DNA of 38,250 nt from an uncultured Erysipelotrichales bacterium (GCA_964369175.1 CAYJEM010000013.1:1-38250), one strand, 5' to 3'. Numbered from the stretch's first letter, positions 1-10,175 are shown. Numbers and translations are program-made. The notes: a model not told the origin generated them from the letters alone.

Positions 1-53
1 TCACTTGCCTTTCACGCAAGCATTCACGGGTTCGAACCCCGTACGAGTCACCA
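1..53 (+). tRNA. 3' portion of tRNA-Glu (anticodon UUC), truncated by the window start; ends with CCA at 51-53
   Basis: Anticodon stem cttgc/gcaag around loop cTTTCac (anticodon TTC). T-arm acggg-TTCGAAC-cccgt. Acceptor 3' strand acgagtc, discriminator a, then CCA. Confidence 0.65.
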
Positions 54-120
54 TATGATAAATTACTTCTTACATTTGTATGAAGTTTTTTTATATTCAA
101 AAAGCCTACAATCGTAGGCC

Positions 121-1041
121 TTAAGGTAGTGGTTTATCTTCAGCAGTATATATTTCATACCATTCATCACGTGATAGGGTAATGCCAATAGCACTAACTG
201 TATCAAGCATATTTTTAATTGAAGTTGTCCCTGCGACTGGTTGAATATTTGCCGGGTGACGTAAAATCCAAGCTGTTACAATAGCTACTTTAGATACATT
301 GTATTTTTTTCCTAGTCTATCTAGTACTTCATTTAGTTGAGGGTATTTAGGATTATCGATAAATGTGTCACTTGATAAATCGCTGCGGATTGTCGACCAA
401 GCTTGAATTGTCACATCGTGTAAACGACAATAATCCAATGTGCCTGCATCATAGTTTATTGCAGTTGGAACTTTCATGTTTGAGAAAATTCCCATATCAA
501 TCATTCCAGCATGTGCTGGACCAAATTGCAATTGGTTGATAACGATCGGTTGTTTGCAATATTTTTTTAATAATTCAATTTGATAGGGGTTTTGATTTGA
601 TACACCAAAGTATCTTACCTTTTTAGTACGGTATAATTCATCAAATGCTGCAGCTACAGCTTCTGGTTCCATTAATGCATCAGGTCTATGCAATAGTAGA
701 ACGTCAAGATAATCAGTTTGTAACCTTTTTAAAGAGCCCTCAACACTCTCTAAAATATACTCTTTTGAAAAATCGAATCTTTTTCCTGGAACAATAGCAC
801 ATTTTGTTTGAATAATAATATTCTTACGTAAATTTGGATTTCTAGCTAGCACCTCTCCAAATAATTCTTCTGATTTTCCTGCTCCATAAATGTCAGCGTG
901 ATCAAAAAAATTAATTCCAGCCTTTACACTCTCTAAAACTAATTCTTCAACTTCTTCAACACTTTTACTAGCAATGCGCATACATCCTAGTATGATTTTT
1001 GATGCCTTTAAGTCAGTTTGTGGTAAATTGTAATATTCCAT
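121..1041 (-). CDS. Aldo/keto reductase family oxidoreductase
   Basis: 306 aa ORF with AKR-type motifs (GINFFDHADIYGAGKSEELFG, LDVLLLHRPD). RBS aggagga sits 8 nt upstream on the minus strand. A hairpin plus T-run terminator lies just downstream at 103-120. Confidence 0.85.
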   Translation of the reverse strand: MEYYNLPQTDLKASKIILGCMRIASKSVEEVEELVLESVKAGINFFDHADIYGAGKSEELFGEVLARNPNLRKNIIIQTKCAIVPGKRFDFSKEYILESVEGSLKRLQTDYLDVLLLHRPDALMEPEAVAAAFDELYRTKKVRYFGVSNQNPYQIELLKKYCKQPIVINQLQFGPAHAGMIDMGIFSNMKVPTAINYDAGTLDYCRLHDVTIQAWSTIRSDLSSDTFIDNPKYPQLNEVLDRLGKKYNVSKVAIVTAWILRHPANIQPVAGTTSIKNMLDTVSAIGITLSRDEWYEIYTAEDKPLP

Positions 1042-1115
1042 TATATATGTCCTCCTAAATAATTATATCATATTTTTTTTTGATTTGTTATAATTGTTGT
1101 AAAAGGAGGGTACAA

Positions 1116-1316
1116 ATGTTAGCGACGATTTTTGAACTATTACTTTATATGATGTGTGTTGCCCTAGCAATGTATGGGTTGATGGCGTTTAATTATGACG
1201 GTGTACTTAAAAAGGGCCGTACAAAAGAGTTTTATGTATTTTATTTACTTGCATCACTATCTCTAGGATACTTAGCTGCACAGTTTATACTAACTTTTAT
1301 AACAATTCGATTATAG
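1116..1316 (+). CDS. Small hydrophobic hypothetical protein (2 predicted TM helices)
   Basis: Start ATG at 1116 is preceded by aaaggaggg, so the track ORF starting at 1080 is probably over-extended. No recognisable domain. Confidence 0.35.
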   Translation: MLATIFELLLYMMCVALAMYGLMAFNYDGVLKKGRTKEFYVFYLLASLSLGYLAAQFILTFITIRL

Positions 1317-1359
1317 TCTAAATTTATTTTTCTAGCGTATACTTTATTGAGGTGTATAA

Positions 1360-2283
1360 ATGAAAATAATTAAGATTAAAATTGGAATTGTTTTTTTTCT
1401 GTTTTCGCTTTGTTCAACAGGTTTAATACTACATGGTTCAAGCAAACCGATAGAAAAGCCAACACAGATATTAAGTAACGATGAGACACTACCTCAAGAG
1501 CAGCTAGTATATGTTGAAGTGACAACGAGTCTAGGGGTAGAGCAAGTAGAGCTGAGTACATACTTGCTTGGGGTTGTTGCTGGTGAAATGCCGGTTTCTT
1601 TTGAATTGGAAGCGCTTAAGGCACAAGTTGTAGCTAGTAGAACCTTTGTTTTTTCAAGGGATTTAAAGGTTGATAATACGACGAATTCGCAAGTGTATCT
1701 ATCTAAAGAAGAACGCGCTAGTAAATGGCTTGATGAAACAGAAAGTAATGAAAGTAAAATAATTGAGGCCATTGAACAAACGGATGGTGAAGTGTTGATG
1801 TATGATGGCGAGTATATTTCGGCATTGTTTTTTTCGAGTAGTAATGGGCATACAGAAAACAATGAGGATTATTTTGTTAGTAGTGCTGTTCCTTATTTAC
1901 GTAGTGTTGAAAGTCCATGGGATCAAATGGTGAATGAAAATTTTGAACGAACAAAAACTTTTACAACGCAACAACTTGCTGAGGCATTTTCAATAGCTGA
2001 TGTGAATTTTACAATTGTATCACACAAAAGTAGTGGCCGAGTGGATGTTGTTTACATTAATGATAAAGAATACAGTGGTCGTCAAGTGCGTGAAATCCTT
2101 AACCTTGCATCGAATGATTTTACAATCGATAAAACTGATGAGGGTTATGTGTTTACAACTAAGGGAAGTGGTCATGGAGTTGGAATGTCACAATATGGTG
2201 CACAAGGGATGGCATTAGAGGGTAAAAGTTATGAAGAAATATTAAATCACTATTATACCAATATAGAAATAGTAAAAAAATAG
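1360..2283 (+). CDS. spoIID: Stage II sporulation protein D (SpoIID, lytic transglycosylase for engulfment)
   Basis: N-terminal signal/TM segment and SpoIID-type motifs (VVASRTF, GSGHGVGMSQYGAQGMA). RBS gaggtg. It sits upstream of mbl, as is common in Firmicutes. Confidence 0.85.
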   Translation: MKIIKIKIGIVFFLFSLCSTGLILHGSSKPIEKPTQILSNDETLPQEQLVYVEVTTSLGVEQVELSTYLLGVVAGEMPVSFELEALKAQVVASRTFVFSRDLKVDNTTNSQVYLSKEERASKWLDETESNESKIIEAIEQTDGEVLMYDGEYISALFFSSSNGHTENNEDYFVSSAVPYLRSVESPWDQMVNENFERTKTFTTQQLAEAFSIADVNFTIVSHKSSGRVDVVYINDKEYSGRQVREILNLASNDFTIDKTDEGYVFTTKGSGHGVGMSQYGAQGMALEGKSYEEILNHYYTNIEIVKK

Positions 2284-2285
2284 TA

Positions 2286-2325
2286 TATTTCATTTATTGT
2301 TGGAAACACTCTAACTAAGAGGTGA
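2286..2325 (+). promoter_or_regulatory. Candidate sigma-F/G type forespore promoter upstream of the SpoIIQ-like gene
   Basis: GTATA, a 14-nt spacer, then GGAAACACTC, compared with the sigF consensus GYATA-N15-GGnnAnAnTA. Confidence 0.3.
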
Positions 2326-2329
2326 ATAT

Positions 2330-2965
2330 ATGAAAAAAATTATTTTAAGGAAAAAGCAAATACTGATTTTAACAAGCGCTATAGTTGTGTTTATCTTTGG
2401 GGTTGTAACAATGCAATTTCTTATAAATGTCTTTGAACCCTTGCCTGAAATACCAGTTGTAAATGTTGATATACCTAGTGAACCTGAAGTTGCCCCAACA
2501 GAGGAAGTAGAAATTGAAGTACTACAATCACCGGTAAGTGAAGAGTGTAAAATAGTACGTTATTTTTATGATGTCAACCAGGAAGATCAAAAGTTAGAAC
2601 AAGCATTGATATTATTTGAAAATGTATATCGCCCAAATATGGGGATCGACTATAGCTTTGATGGTACTGTGTTTGATGTTTATGCAAGTACTAGTGGCGA
2701 GGTAGTAAAAAAGAGTCAAGATCCATTACTGGGATGGATAGTAACAATTAGTACTAGCGAAGGTATTAAAACAACTTATCAAGCATTAGGTGAAGTTACC
2801 GTTGAACAAGGAGCAACAGTTAAACAAGGTGATAAAATTGGCAGTAGTGGTGAAAATATTTATGAAGCTGATTTGAAAAATCACTTACATTTTATTGTTG
2901 AAAAAGATGACCAAGTTATAAATCCTGAGACTGCTATTGGAAAAAAACTAAATGAAATTAACTAA
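2330..2965 (+). CDS. Membrane-anchored degenerate LytM/M23-domain protein, SpoIIQ-like
   Basis: N-terminal TM helix followed by a C-terminal M23 fold. The HLHF (HxH) motif is kept but the first HxxxD zinc motif is degenerate (GIDYSFDG). The position between spoIID and mbl matches clostridial spoIIQ. Confidence 0.6.
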   Translation: MKKIILRKKQILILTSAIVVFIFGVVTMQFLINVFEPLPEIPVVNVDIPSEPEVAPTEEVEIEVLQSPVSEECKIVRYFYDVNQEDQKLEQALILFENVYRPNMGIDYSFDGTVFDVYASTSGEVVKKSQDPLLGWIVTISTSEGIKTTYQALGEVTVEQGATVKQGDKIGSSGENIYEADLKNHLHFIVEKDDQVINPETAIGKKLNEIN

Positions 2966-2968
2966 AGA

Positions 2969-2990
2969 GGGATAACCCTCTTTTTAAAGT
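2969..2990 (+). terminator. Rho-independent terminator after the SpoIIQ-like gene
   Basis: Hairpin agaggg-ataa-ccctct followed by TTTTT. Confidence 0.6.
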
Positions 2991-3009
2991 TTATAAATAG
3001 CGTTTTTAC

Positions 3010-3045
3010 TTCTTGTAAACCATGCAAATTGTGGTACAATATAGA
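3010..3045 (+). promoter_or_regulatory. Sigma-A type promoter for mbl/mreB
   Basis: TTGTAA, a 16-nt spacer, then an extended -10 TGgTACAAT. Confidence 0.4.
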
Positions 3046-3065
3046 AGATATAATTAGGAGGTACG

Positions 3066-4058
3066 ATGATGGCGTTATCAAAAGAAATAGGTATCGATTT
3101 AGGTACTGCAAATATTTTAATATATAGTAAAGGTGATGGGATAGTTGTTAATGAACCATCAGTTGTAGCAATAGATGATGAAACAAAAAGACCACTAGCA
3201 GTGGGAATGGAAGCAAAAGAGATGCTTGGAAAAACACCAGGTAGAGTATGTGCGGTAAGACCATTAAAAGATGGTGTAATTGCTGATTTTAGAATAACAG
3301 AAATTCTAATTACTCATTTTATCAATAAATTAAATTTAAAAGGAATCTTTTCAAGACCAGTTATTTTAATTTGTTGTCCATCTAATATTACATCAATTGA
3401 AAAAAGTGCAATTAAAGATGTAGCTGAAAGATGCGGAGCTAAAAAAGTGTATATTGAAGAAGAACCAAAAGTAGCAGCTATTGGTGCTGGTTTAGATATT
3501 TCTAAACCAACAGGAAATATGGTTATTGATATTGGTGGTGGAACTACTGACGTTGCAGTATTATCACTAGGTGACATTGTTACTAGTGGTTCATTAAAAT
3601 TAGCAGGAGATGTAATGGATGAAGAATTAATTAAATTCATCAAAGATAAGTACAAATTACTTATTGGTGATCGTACTGCTGAACAAATTAAAATTAATAT
3701 TGGATCAGCAATTAAAGGATATTTAGATGCTGAAATGGAAGTGCGTGGACGTGACTTAGTTACTGGATTACCACATACAATTACACTGACATCTGATGAA
3801 ACAGAGCTTGCGCTACGTGAAACATGTCAAACAATTGTTCGCGAAGCAAAACGTGTGTTAGAACAAACACCACCTGAATTAGCAGCGGATATTGTTGGTA
3901 GAGGAGTATTTTTAACTGGTGGTGGAGCACTGCTTGCTGGTTTAGATAAACTATTAGAAACAGAATTAAATGTACCTGTCTTTATTGCTGAAGACCCACT
4001 TAACTGTGTTGCTATCGGTACAGGAATTATGTTAGAAAACTTACATTATTTAAAATAA
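3066..4058 (+). CDS. mbl: Rod-shape determining actin homolog MreB/Mbl
   Basis: 330 aa. N-terminus IGIDLGTANILIY and DIGGGTTDVAVLSLG are actin-fold phosphate motifs. RBS aggagg. Confidence 0.9.
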   Translation: MMALSKEIGIDLGTANILIYSKGDGIVVNEPSVVAIDDETKRPLAVGMEAKEMLGKTPGRVCAVRPLKDGVIADFRITEILITHFINKLNLKGIFSRPVILICCPSNITSIEKSAIKDVAERCGAKKVYIEEEPKVAAIGAGLDISKPTGNMVIDIGGGTTDVAVLSLGDIVTSGSLKLAGDVMDEELIKFIKDKYKLLIGDRTAEQIKINIGSAIKGYLDAEMEVRGRDLVTGLPHTITLTSDETELALRETCQTIVREAKRVLEQTPPELAADIVGRGVFLTGGGALLAGLDKLLETELNVPVFIAEDPLNCVAIGTGIMLENLHYLK

Positions 4059-4104
4059 CAAAGAAGGGAGAAATCCCTTTTTGTACTACATAAGGAGGAA
4101 ATAT

Positions 4105-4890
4105 ATGAAAAAATCTATTTTTTTTGATATTGATGGAACATTGGTAGGTCACAAATTTGGTATGGATGACATACCAAAAGAAGTAATTATAGAGTTAGAA
4201 CGTTTAAGGGAATTAGATTATACTTTGTTTCTAGCTACTGGAAGACCTTTGGTATTAGTGCCAGATGAGCTTAAGAAATATGATTTTGATGGTATGATTT
4301 TATGTAATGGAGCACATGTACTATTGGGTGATAAAGATATCTATTTAGAAACAGTAGATAAAGATGATTTGTCATCAGCTATTCAATTTCTAGATGAGAA
4401 TAATAGTCAATATGTCTATCATACAGCTGATAAAATATATTTAAAAGATGGATATAAAGAAATCTATGACTTCTATAGTAGGTTAGGCATGAAAGATAGT
4501 GATGTAATAAGTGAATATAAAAATGATGAGGTTTTTGAAAAGACTTTAAAAGTTGAAATTCTTTTTGATAAAGATAAGTATCAAAATGTCATTGATAAAA
4601 TTAGTAAGGATTTCCAAATTGATACTTTTGGGGCATTTGATAGTTTAGAATTTTATAGTAAAAGTACATCAAAAGCTCGTGGTATTCAAAGAGTTTTAGA
4701 ACACTTGCATATTGATGTTGAAAATAGTTATGCATATGGTGATGGAACGAATGATATTGAAATGATTAAATTTGTTGGTCATGGGGTTGCGATGGGTAAT
4801 GCAGCAAAAGAACTAAAAGAGGTTGCTGATGAAGTGTGTGGACATGTGGCTAACAATGGTTTAGCATTAGCACTTCAAAAATTAAAATAG
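4105..4890 (+). CDS. Cof-type HAD-IIB family hydrolase (sugar-phosphatase-like)
   Basis: FFDIDGTL motif I and a C-terminal GDGTND motif. Start chosen at the ATG 6 nt after aaggagg. Confidence 0.8.
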   Translation: MKKSIFFDIDGTLVGHKFGMDDIPKEVIIELERLRELDYTLFLATGRPLVLVPDELKKYDFDGMILCNGAHVLLGDKDIYLETVDKDDLSSAIQFLDENNSQYVYHTADKIYLKDGYKEIYDFYSRLGMKDSDVISEYKNDEVFEKTLKVEILFDKDKYQNVIDKISKDFQIDTFGAFDSLEFYSKSTSKARGIQRVLEHLHIDVENSYAYGDGTNDIEMIKFVGHGVAMGNAAKELKEVADEVCGHVANNGLALALQKLK

Positions 4891-4900
4891 AGTGGAAACG

Positions 4901-4924
4901 CTCTTTTTTTGTCAATCTTGTTAT
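4901..4924 (+). terminator. Rho-independent terminator
   Basis: Stem agagtg/cgctct around a GAAA tetraloop, then a T7 run. Confidence 0.55.
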
Positions 4925-4968
4925 TTTTTTAAAACCATATTATAATAGATAAGACAGGGGGAAAGAAT

Positions 4969-6630
4969 ATGTCGATGCAAATATTATTATCATTTTTATT
5001 AGCGATGGTTGTTTCTGCAATGCTTATCCCAGTTGTGATGAAAGTGGGTAGCTCGCTTGACGTAGTTGCCAAGATGAATAAACGTACAGTTCATAAGCAT
5101 GAAATTGTTCGTATTGGTGGACTTGCGGTATATATAGCGTTTTTACTTGGAGTAGTACTTTTCTTGCAAACAGATTCACAAATCAACTCAATTTTATTAG
5201 CAGGTTTTTTAATCTTTATAGTTGGTTTACTAGATGATATTTATGATCTTCCAGCAAAAGTTAAGCTTATAGGAGAATTTGCTGCTAGTATGATTGTTAT
5301 CTTTTACGGAGATATTCAATTGCAGGGATTTTCAAATATTATGCCTTTTTTACCAGAAATAATTACAACAATATGGATAGTGGGTATTACGAATTCTATT
5401 AATTTAATTGATGGTCTTGATGGTCTATCTGGTGGTATTTCAGTTATTGTACTAGTTACCGTATCAATTACTTCATTGCTTAGTGGTAGGGTTGATATTG
5501 CTTCATTATCATTATTGTTAGCAGGAGCTGTTACAGGTTTTTTATTCTTTAATTTTCATCCTGCAAAAATATTTTTAGGTGATTGTGGGGCCTTGTTTGT
5601 AGGATTTATGATTGCTGTTATATCATTGCTAGGTTTTGGATATAGTGTGTCAGCATTTTTTACATTAGGAGCACCAATTATTGCATTGATGGTACCTATT
5701 ACAGATACAATTTTAGCAATAATTCGTAGAAAACTAAAAAACAAGAAATTTAGTGATGCTGATCGTCATCATTTACATCATCGACTTATGTTTAAAGCAA
5801 AATTAGGACATACTAGAAGTGTAATTGTACTTTATGCAGTTACCATTCTATTTTCAATAACATCATTTTTATATTTGTATGATGTTGTTTTAGGAACAGT
5901 AATGTTTATCGTCCTTTTTCTTATCTTCGAGCTATTTGTTGAGTATACAAATATGATCAGCCGTAACTTTAAACCGTTACTTACAATAGCAAATATTTTC
6001 ATACAGAGTAAACGATTACCAACAATAAGTGCCGTTGAAAACTATCGAAATAGTCATATTGGAAAAAAACATCCAATTAGAAAGGTTGTGGGTATTGTAT
6101 TCTCTATTGCTGCAATGGTGGCAATAATGTACTATGCTTTTATGCAATCTATGCCAAAAGAGACACCAGTGATTGATATTCCATATACAGAAGTGACACC
6201 GTCATCAGTATTAATGAATATGACATATACAAATTTGGAAACTGCAGTTCAAGCACAAAATAGTGACCAAGTTGCTCAGTTAGTGGCAGCATATTTTTTA
6301 CAACAATACCTATCACCACAATATAGTCATGACGTAGTGGAGGGTCTAGAGTATGTCTTACCAGAAATTCGCGAAGATTTTGAGAAAATATCAAATGAAC
6401 AAATGACATTACTTTTAGATACATATCCTAATCTAGAAGTAACTAGCTATGAAATTATTTCTTTTTCACCATCGAAATTACAACTTGATGGGTTTGTTGA
6501 TAATCGCTATTATTCAGTTCTAATAGATTATAAGTTTAGTGAAGAAGTTGAAGAGTTACAAGAGTATGCAACAGTTACAGTGATGGAAAATCAAGGGGTA
6601 TTTTACGTGGTTGGAATTGAAAATAACTAG
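4969..6630 (+). CDS. MraY/WecA/TagO-family UDP-HexNAc:undecaprenyl-phosphate HexNAc-1-P transferase with an added ~190 aa C-terminal extracytoplasmic domain
   Basis: Polytopic N-terminal ~360 aa carrying the NSINLIDGLDGL motif of the GT4 MraY/WecA family. The C-terminal ~190 aa have no recognisable motif. Confidence 0.8.
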   Translation: MSMQILLSFLLAMVVSAMLIPVVMKVGSSLDVVAKMNKRTVHKHEIVRIGGLAVYIAFLLGVVLFLQTDSQINSILLAGFLIFIVGLLDDIYDLPAKVKLIGEFAASMIVIFYGDIQLQGFSNIMPFLPEIITTIWIVGITNSINLIDGLDGLSGGISVIVLVTVSITSLLSGRVDIASLSLLLAGAVTGFLFFNFHPAKIFLGDCGALFVGFMIAVISLLGFGYSVSAFFTLGAPIIALMVPITDTILAIIRRKLKNKKFSDADRHHLHHRLMFKAKLGHTRSVIVLYAVTILFSITSFLYLYDVVLGTVMFIVLFLIFELFVEYTNMISRNFKPLLTIANIFIQSKRLPTISAVENYRNSHIGKKHPIRKVVGIVFSIAAMVAIMYYAFMQSMPKETPVIDIPYTEVTPSSVLMNMTYTNLETAVQAQNSDQVAQLVAAYFLQQYLSPQYSHDVVEGLEYVLPEIREDFEKISNEQMTLLLDTYPNLEVTSYEIISFSPSKLQLDGFVDNRYYSVLIDYKFSEEVEELQEYATVTVMENQGVFYVVGIENN

Positions 6631-6705
6631 TATTGTATTTCATATTATTTTATGTTATCATGGGTAGGAGTGTTTACGTATAAAAAAGGTTAGGAGGACT
6701 GACAG

Positions 6706-6936
6706 ATGTTACAAACAATATTAAATGTCGTATTTATAATTATTGCTATCGCACTTATTATTTTATGCCTATTACAAAGTGGAAAATCAGATGGTGTTGT
6801 TAATGCCTTATCTGGTCAAAGTTCAAACTTATTTGCACAATCAAAAGAACGTGGTTCAGAGCTATTTATTACAAGACTTACAACTGGTCTTGCAATTGCT
6901 TTCTTTGTTGTTGCACTTATGTTACGTATGGGTTAA
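6706..6936 (+). CDS. secG: Preprotein translocase subunit SecG
   Basis: 76 aa, two TM segments, LLQSGKSDG... QSSNLF motif. RBS aggagg. Confidence 0.8.
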   Translation: MLQTILNVVFIIIAIALIILCLLQSGKSDGVVNALSGQSSNLFAQSKERGSELFITRLTTGLAIAFFVVALMLRMG

Positions 6937-6981
6937 AACTAATAGGACGAAAGTCCTATTTTTTGTTTTAAGGAGGAAAAA

Positions 6982-9243
6982 ATGAAACAAACAATATTAA
7001 ATATTTTAGCGAATGATGACTTCTTGAAACGTACACCATCATCACTGGCAAAGGAATTAGGATATCAAACAAAAGAAGAATTTACATCATTTATGAAAGT
7101 ATTAAATCAGCTAGAAGAAGAGCTAGTAGTGATTCGTAATGATAAAGATGAGTATTATTTACCTACCCAAAAGAATATGGTTATAGGAATATTATCAATT
7201 AACAAAAAAGGGTTTGGATTTGTACGATTAGAAGATGAAAATTTAGAAGATATTTTTATATCAAAAGAATCTTTGAAAGGCGCATTTGATAAAGACACAG
7301 TATTAGCACAAATTGAAGAGCAACAAAAAGGAAATCGTAAAGAGGGAAAAATCCTTCGAGTAATCAAAAGAGGAAAAACAAGAATTGTTGGTGAGCTAAG
7401 ACAAGGAAATCGCGATTGTTATGTAGAGAGTACGGTTTTAGGATTAGATAAAAGAATATACATTGATAAAGGGCATTTGCACGGTGCAACAGTAGGACAT
7501 GTTGTTGCTGTTGAAATAAAAGTATACAAACCATTAGTAAAAGGAACAGTTGTTGACATTATTGGACATAAAAGTGATCCAGGTGTGGATATATTATCCG
7601 TAGTTAGTGATCATGGTGTAGATATTGCTTTCCCAAAAGAAGTTTATAAACAAATCGATTATATTCAAGATGAAGTATTAGAAGCAGATTTAGTAGGTAG
7701 ACTAGATTTACGTAAAGAAGTTATTGTAACGATAGACGGAGATGATGCTAAAGATTTAGATGATGCCATATCACTGACAATCAATGAAAATGGAAACTAT
7801 TATTTAGGAGTGCATATTGCTGATGTAAGTCACTATGTTAGTGAAGATTCACCGTTGGATAAAGAGGCAGTTGAAAGAGGAACGTCAATTTACTTAGTTG
7901 ACAGAGTGATTCCGATGTTACCTCACAAATTATCAAATGGAATTTGTTCATTAAATCCTCATGTTGACCGTTTAACAATGTCGTGTTTTATGGAGATTGA
8001 CAAAACTGGTGAAGTTATTGATTATAAAATAGATCAAAGTGTTATTCACTCAACTGAGAGAATGACATATAATAATGTAAATAAAATACTTGCTGGTGAC
8101 AAAGAAATGACAAAGCAGTATCAACATGTACAAGATTTATTCTTTTTAATGCAAGAACTTGCATCTATATTACAAAATAAAAGAGAGCAACGTGGTGCTA
8201 TCGACTTTGATGTAAAAGAAGCTAAAGTGTTGGTAAATAAAAAAGGAAAACCGACAGATGTTGTTTTAAGAGAACGAGGAATAAGTGATCGTATTATAGA
8301 ATCATTTATGTTACAAGCAAATGAAACGGTAGCAAAACATTTTTGCTTATTTGATAAACCATTTATTTATCGTGTTCATGAGCATCCAAAATTATCAAAA
8401 TTACAACAATTTACTGGTATTGCCAAAACAATGGGTTATGAAATCGAAGGTTCATTAGAAGATATCGAACCGATGCAATTACGTAAGCTTATTGAATCAA
8501 GTCGTGATAAAGAAGAACATGATGTTATTACAACACTGTTATTACGCTGCATGCAAAAAGCGGCATATGATGAAAACTGCTTGGGCCACTATGGTTTAGC
8601 TGATGAGTATTATACACATTTTACTTCACCAATTCGTCGTTATCCTGATTTACTTGTACATCGATTAATACGTACATATTTGGTACAAAATAAGCTTGAT
8701 AATGAGACGTTAAATCACTTTAATGAAGTAGTACCAATTCTTGCTAAAAAGTCTTCTGAAAGAGAAAGACTTGCAATAACTATTGAACGTGAAGTCGAAG
8801 ATATGAAAAAAGCTGAGTTTATGGAACAATATATCAATAAAGAATTTGATGGTATTATTAGTTCAGTTACTAGTTTTGGATTTTTTGTGGAATTAGAAAA
8901 TACAATTGAAGGTTTAGTCCATGTACTAGATTTATCTGATGATTTCTATTTCTATGATGAAAAGAAACTACAATTTATTGGTCAACGTACTGGTAAACAT
9001 TTTGGGCTTTCTGATAAAGTGCGTGTTCGCGTTAGTGGTGCTAGTAAAAAGGAACGTAATATTGATTTTGTAATTGTTGGTATGAAACCAAATAAAAGCC
9101 GTAGAAAAGTAGTAATTAAAACAGATAAGAAAGCAAATAATAGTTACCGTAATAAAAAAAATAAACATCAAAGAAATAATGATGGAAAAAGACAAGATAG
9201 AAGAAGTATAATTAAAAAAGGAAAACATTCTAGGAGGAAGTAA
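6982..9243 (+). CDS. rnr: Ribonuclease R (RNB family 3'-5' exoribonuclease)
   Basis: 753 aa with cold-shock/OB domain, RNB catalytic core, S1 domain and a lysine/arginine-rich C-terminal tail. The secG-rnr-smpB-ssrA order is the conserved one. Confidence 0.9.
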   Translation: MKQTILNILANDDFLKRTPSSLAKELGYQTKEEFTSFMKVLNQLEEELVVIRNDKDEYYLPTQKNMVIGILSINKKGFGFVRLEDENLEDIFISKESLKGAFDKDTVLAQIEEQQKGNRKEGKILRVIKRGKTRIVGELRQGNRDCYVESTVLGLDKRIYIDKGHLHGATVGHVVAVEIKVYKPLVKGTVVDIIGHKSDPGVDILSVVSDHGVDIAFPKEVYKQIDYIQDEVLEADLVGRLDLRKEVIVTIDGDDAKDLDDAISLTINENGNYYLGVHIADVSHYVSEDSPLDKEAVERGTSIYLVDRVIPMLPHKLSNGICSLNPHVDRLTMSCFMEIDKTGEVIDYKIDQSVIHSTERMTYNNVNKILAGDKEMTKQYQHVQDLFFLMQELASILQNKREQRGAIDFDVKEAKVLVNKKGKPTDVVLRERGISDRIIESFMLQANETVAKHFCLFDKPFIYRVHEHPKLSKLQQFTGIAKTMGYEIEGSLEDIEPMQLRKLIESSRDKEEHDVITTLLLRCMQKAAYDENCLGHYGLADEYYTHFTSPIRRYPDLLVHRLIRTYLVQNKLDNETLNHFNEVVPILAKKSSERERLAITIEREVEDMKKAEFMEQYINKEFDGIISSVTSFGFFVELENTIEGLVHVLDLSDDFYFYDEKKLQFIGQRTGKHFGLSDKVRVRVSGASKKERNIDFVIVGMKPNKSRRKVVIKTDKKANNSYRNKKNKHQRNNDGKRQDRRSIIKKGKHSRRK

Positions 9244-9245
9244 CA

Positions 9246-9692
9246 ATGAAAATTATTTCAAATAATAAAAAAGCATACCACGATTATTTTATTGAAGATA
9301 CTGTTGAAGCAGGAATTGTTTTACAAGGAACAGAAATAAAATCAGTTAGAAATGGAAATGTTAATTTGAAAGATAGTTTCATTAGAATAAAGAATGAAGA
9401 AGCATATTTAGAAAACATGCATATTTCACCTTATGAACAAGGGAATCGTTTCAATCATGACCCGTTGCGCAATCGTAAACTATTATTACATAAAAAAGAA
9501 ATCTTAAAGCTTCAACAAAGAGCAAAAGAAGATGGACTAGCAATTATACCAACAAAACTATATTTTGGTAATGGTAGTAAAGTGAAAGTGGAAGTAGCAC
9601 TTGCTAAAGGAAAAAAACTATACGATAAACGTCAAGATTTGAAAGAAAAAGACGCAAAAAGAGAAATTGAAAAAGCTATGAAAAATTACTAA
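9246..9692 (+). CDS. smpB: SsrA-binding protein SmpB
   Basis: 148 aa, sequence typical of SmpB. It lies immediately upstream of the tmRNA. Confidence 0.9.
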   Translation: MKIISNNKKAYHDYFIEDTVEAGIVLQGTEIKSVRNGNVNLKDSFIRIKNEEAYLENMHISPYEQGNRFNHDPLRNRKLLLHKKEILKLQQRAKEDGLAIIPTKLYFGNGSKVKVEVALAKGKKLYDKRQDLKEKDAKREIEKAMKNY

Positions 9693-9734
9693 TTTATAGT
9701 ATAATTATGTATAGTCTAGTAAGACTATACACAT

Positions 9735-10081
9735 GGGGATGTCTTGGATTCGACAGGGGCAAGTCTGACCTTAGCTGCAGTCGTAGTCGTACGTTAAACG
9801 AAACAAAAAATAACTGGAAACAGAACAAACTATTCTTTCGCATAGTCGACATAGACTTGAAAGTGCCACTACTTATCGTGCCTATAAATAAGTAACTGGT
9901 ATTATACTCATAGGATAAGGGTTATTATTTCTTAGCTAATAATCTCGAAAAACTAATAAGATCGCTAGGTGTAAAATTGCTTATTGATTGTAGCCTAGTT
10001 AAATCTATTCAATAAGATAAACTGTAGACGCTTTGGAGGGACTGTTTTTGGACAGGGGTTCGATTCCCCTCATCTCCACCA
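9735..10081 (+). ncRNA. ssrA: tmRNA (SsrA); predicted tag reading frame GGA AAC AGA ACA AAC TAT TCT TTC GCA TAG at 9816-9845 gives (A)GNRTNYSFA
   Basis: 5' end GGGGAUGUCUUGGAUUCGACAGGGG. 3' end GGACAGGGGUUCGAUUCCCCUCAUCUCCACCA (T-arm plus acceptor plus CCA). The AAUAACUGG(A/C) box before the resume codon matches B. subtilis ssrA. It is located right after smpB. Confidence 0.85.
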
Positions 10082-10145
10082 AAAATTAAATAATTTACAT
10101 TATGATAAACTTATCACGGGAGTATCTCAGTGATTAACCGATACT

Positions 10146-10175
10146 GACTACGTAGTACATACGTAGTTTTTTATT
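10146..10175 (+). terminator. Rho-independent terminator downstream of ssrA
   Basis: Stem ctacgt/acgtag with a 7-nt loop, followed by TTTTTT. Confidence 0.6.

Noticed and set aside
1317-1359. SigE-type promoter for spoIID
   Set aside because: No convincing match to the ATATT-N14-CATACA-T consensus could be read. Only a weak GTATACT-like element is present.
1376-1862. Minus-strand ORFs (61 and 122 aa) inside spoIID
   Set aside because: They are antisense to a confidently assigned gene, Ser/Leu-rich and without RBS.
3314-3655. 113-aa minus-strand ORF inside mbl
   Set aside because: It is antisense to mreB/mbl and has no support.
6743-6985. 80-aa ORF overlapping secG in another frame
   Set aside because: It is an alternative frame of the secG region. 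SecG has a clear family signature and RBS, and this ORF has neither.
9707-9895. 62-aa ORF on the + strand
   Set aside because: It lies entirely within the tmRNA (ssrA) gene, and the frame is not the tag-peptide frame.
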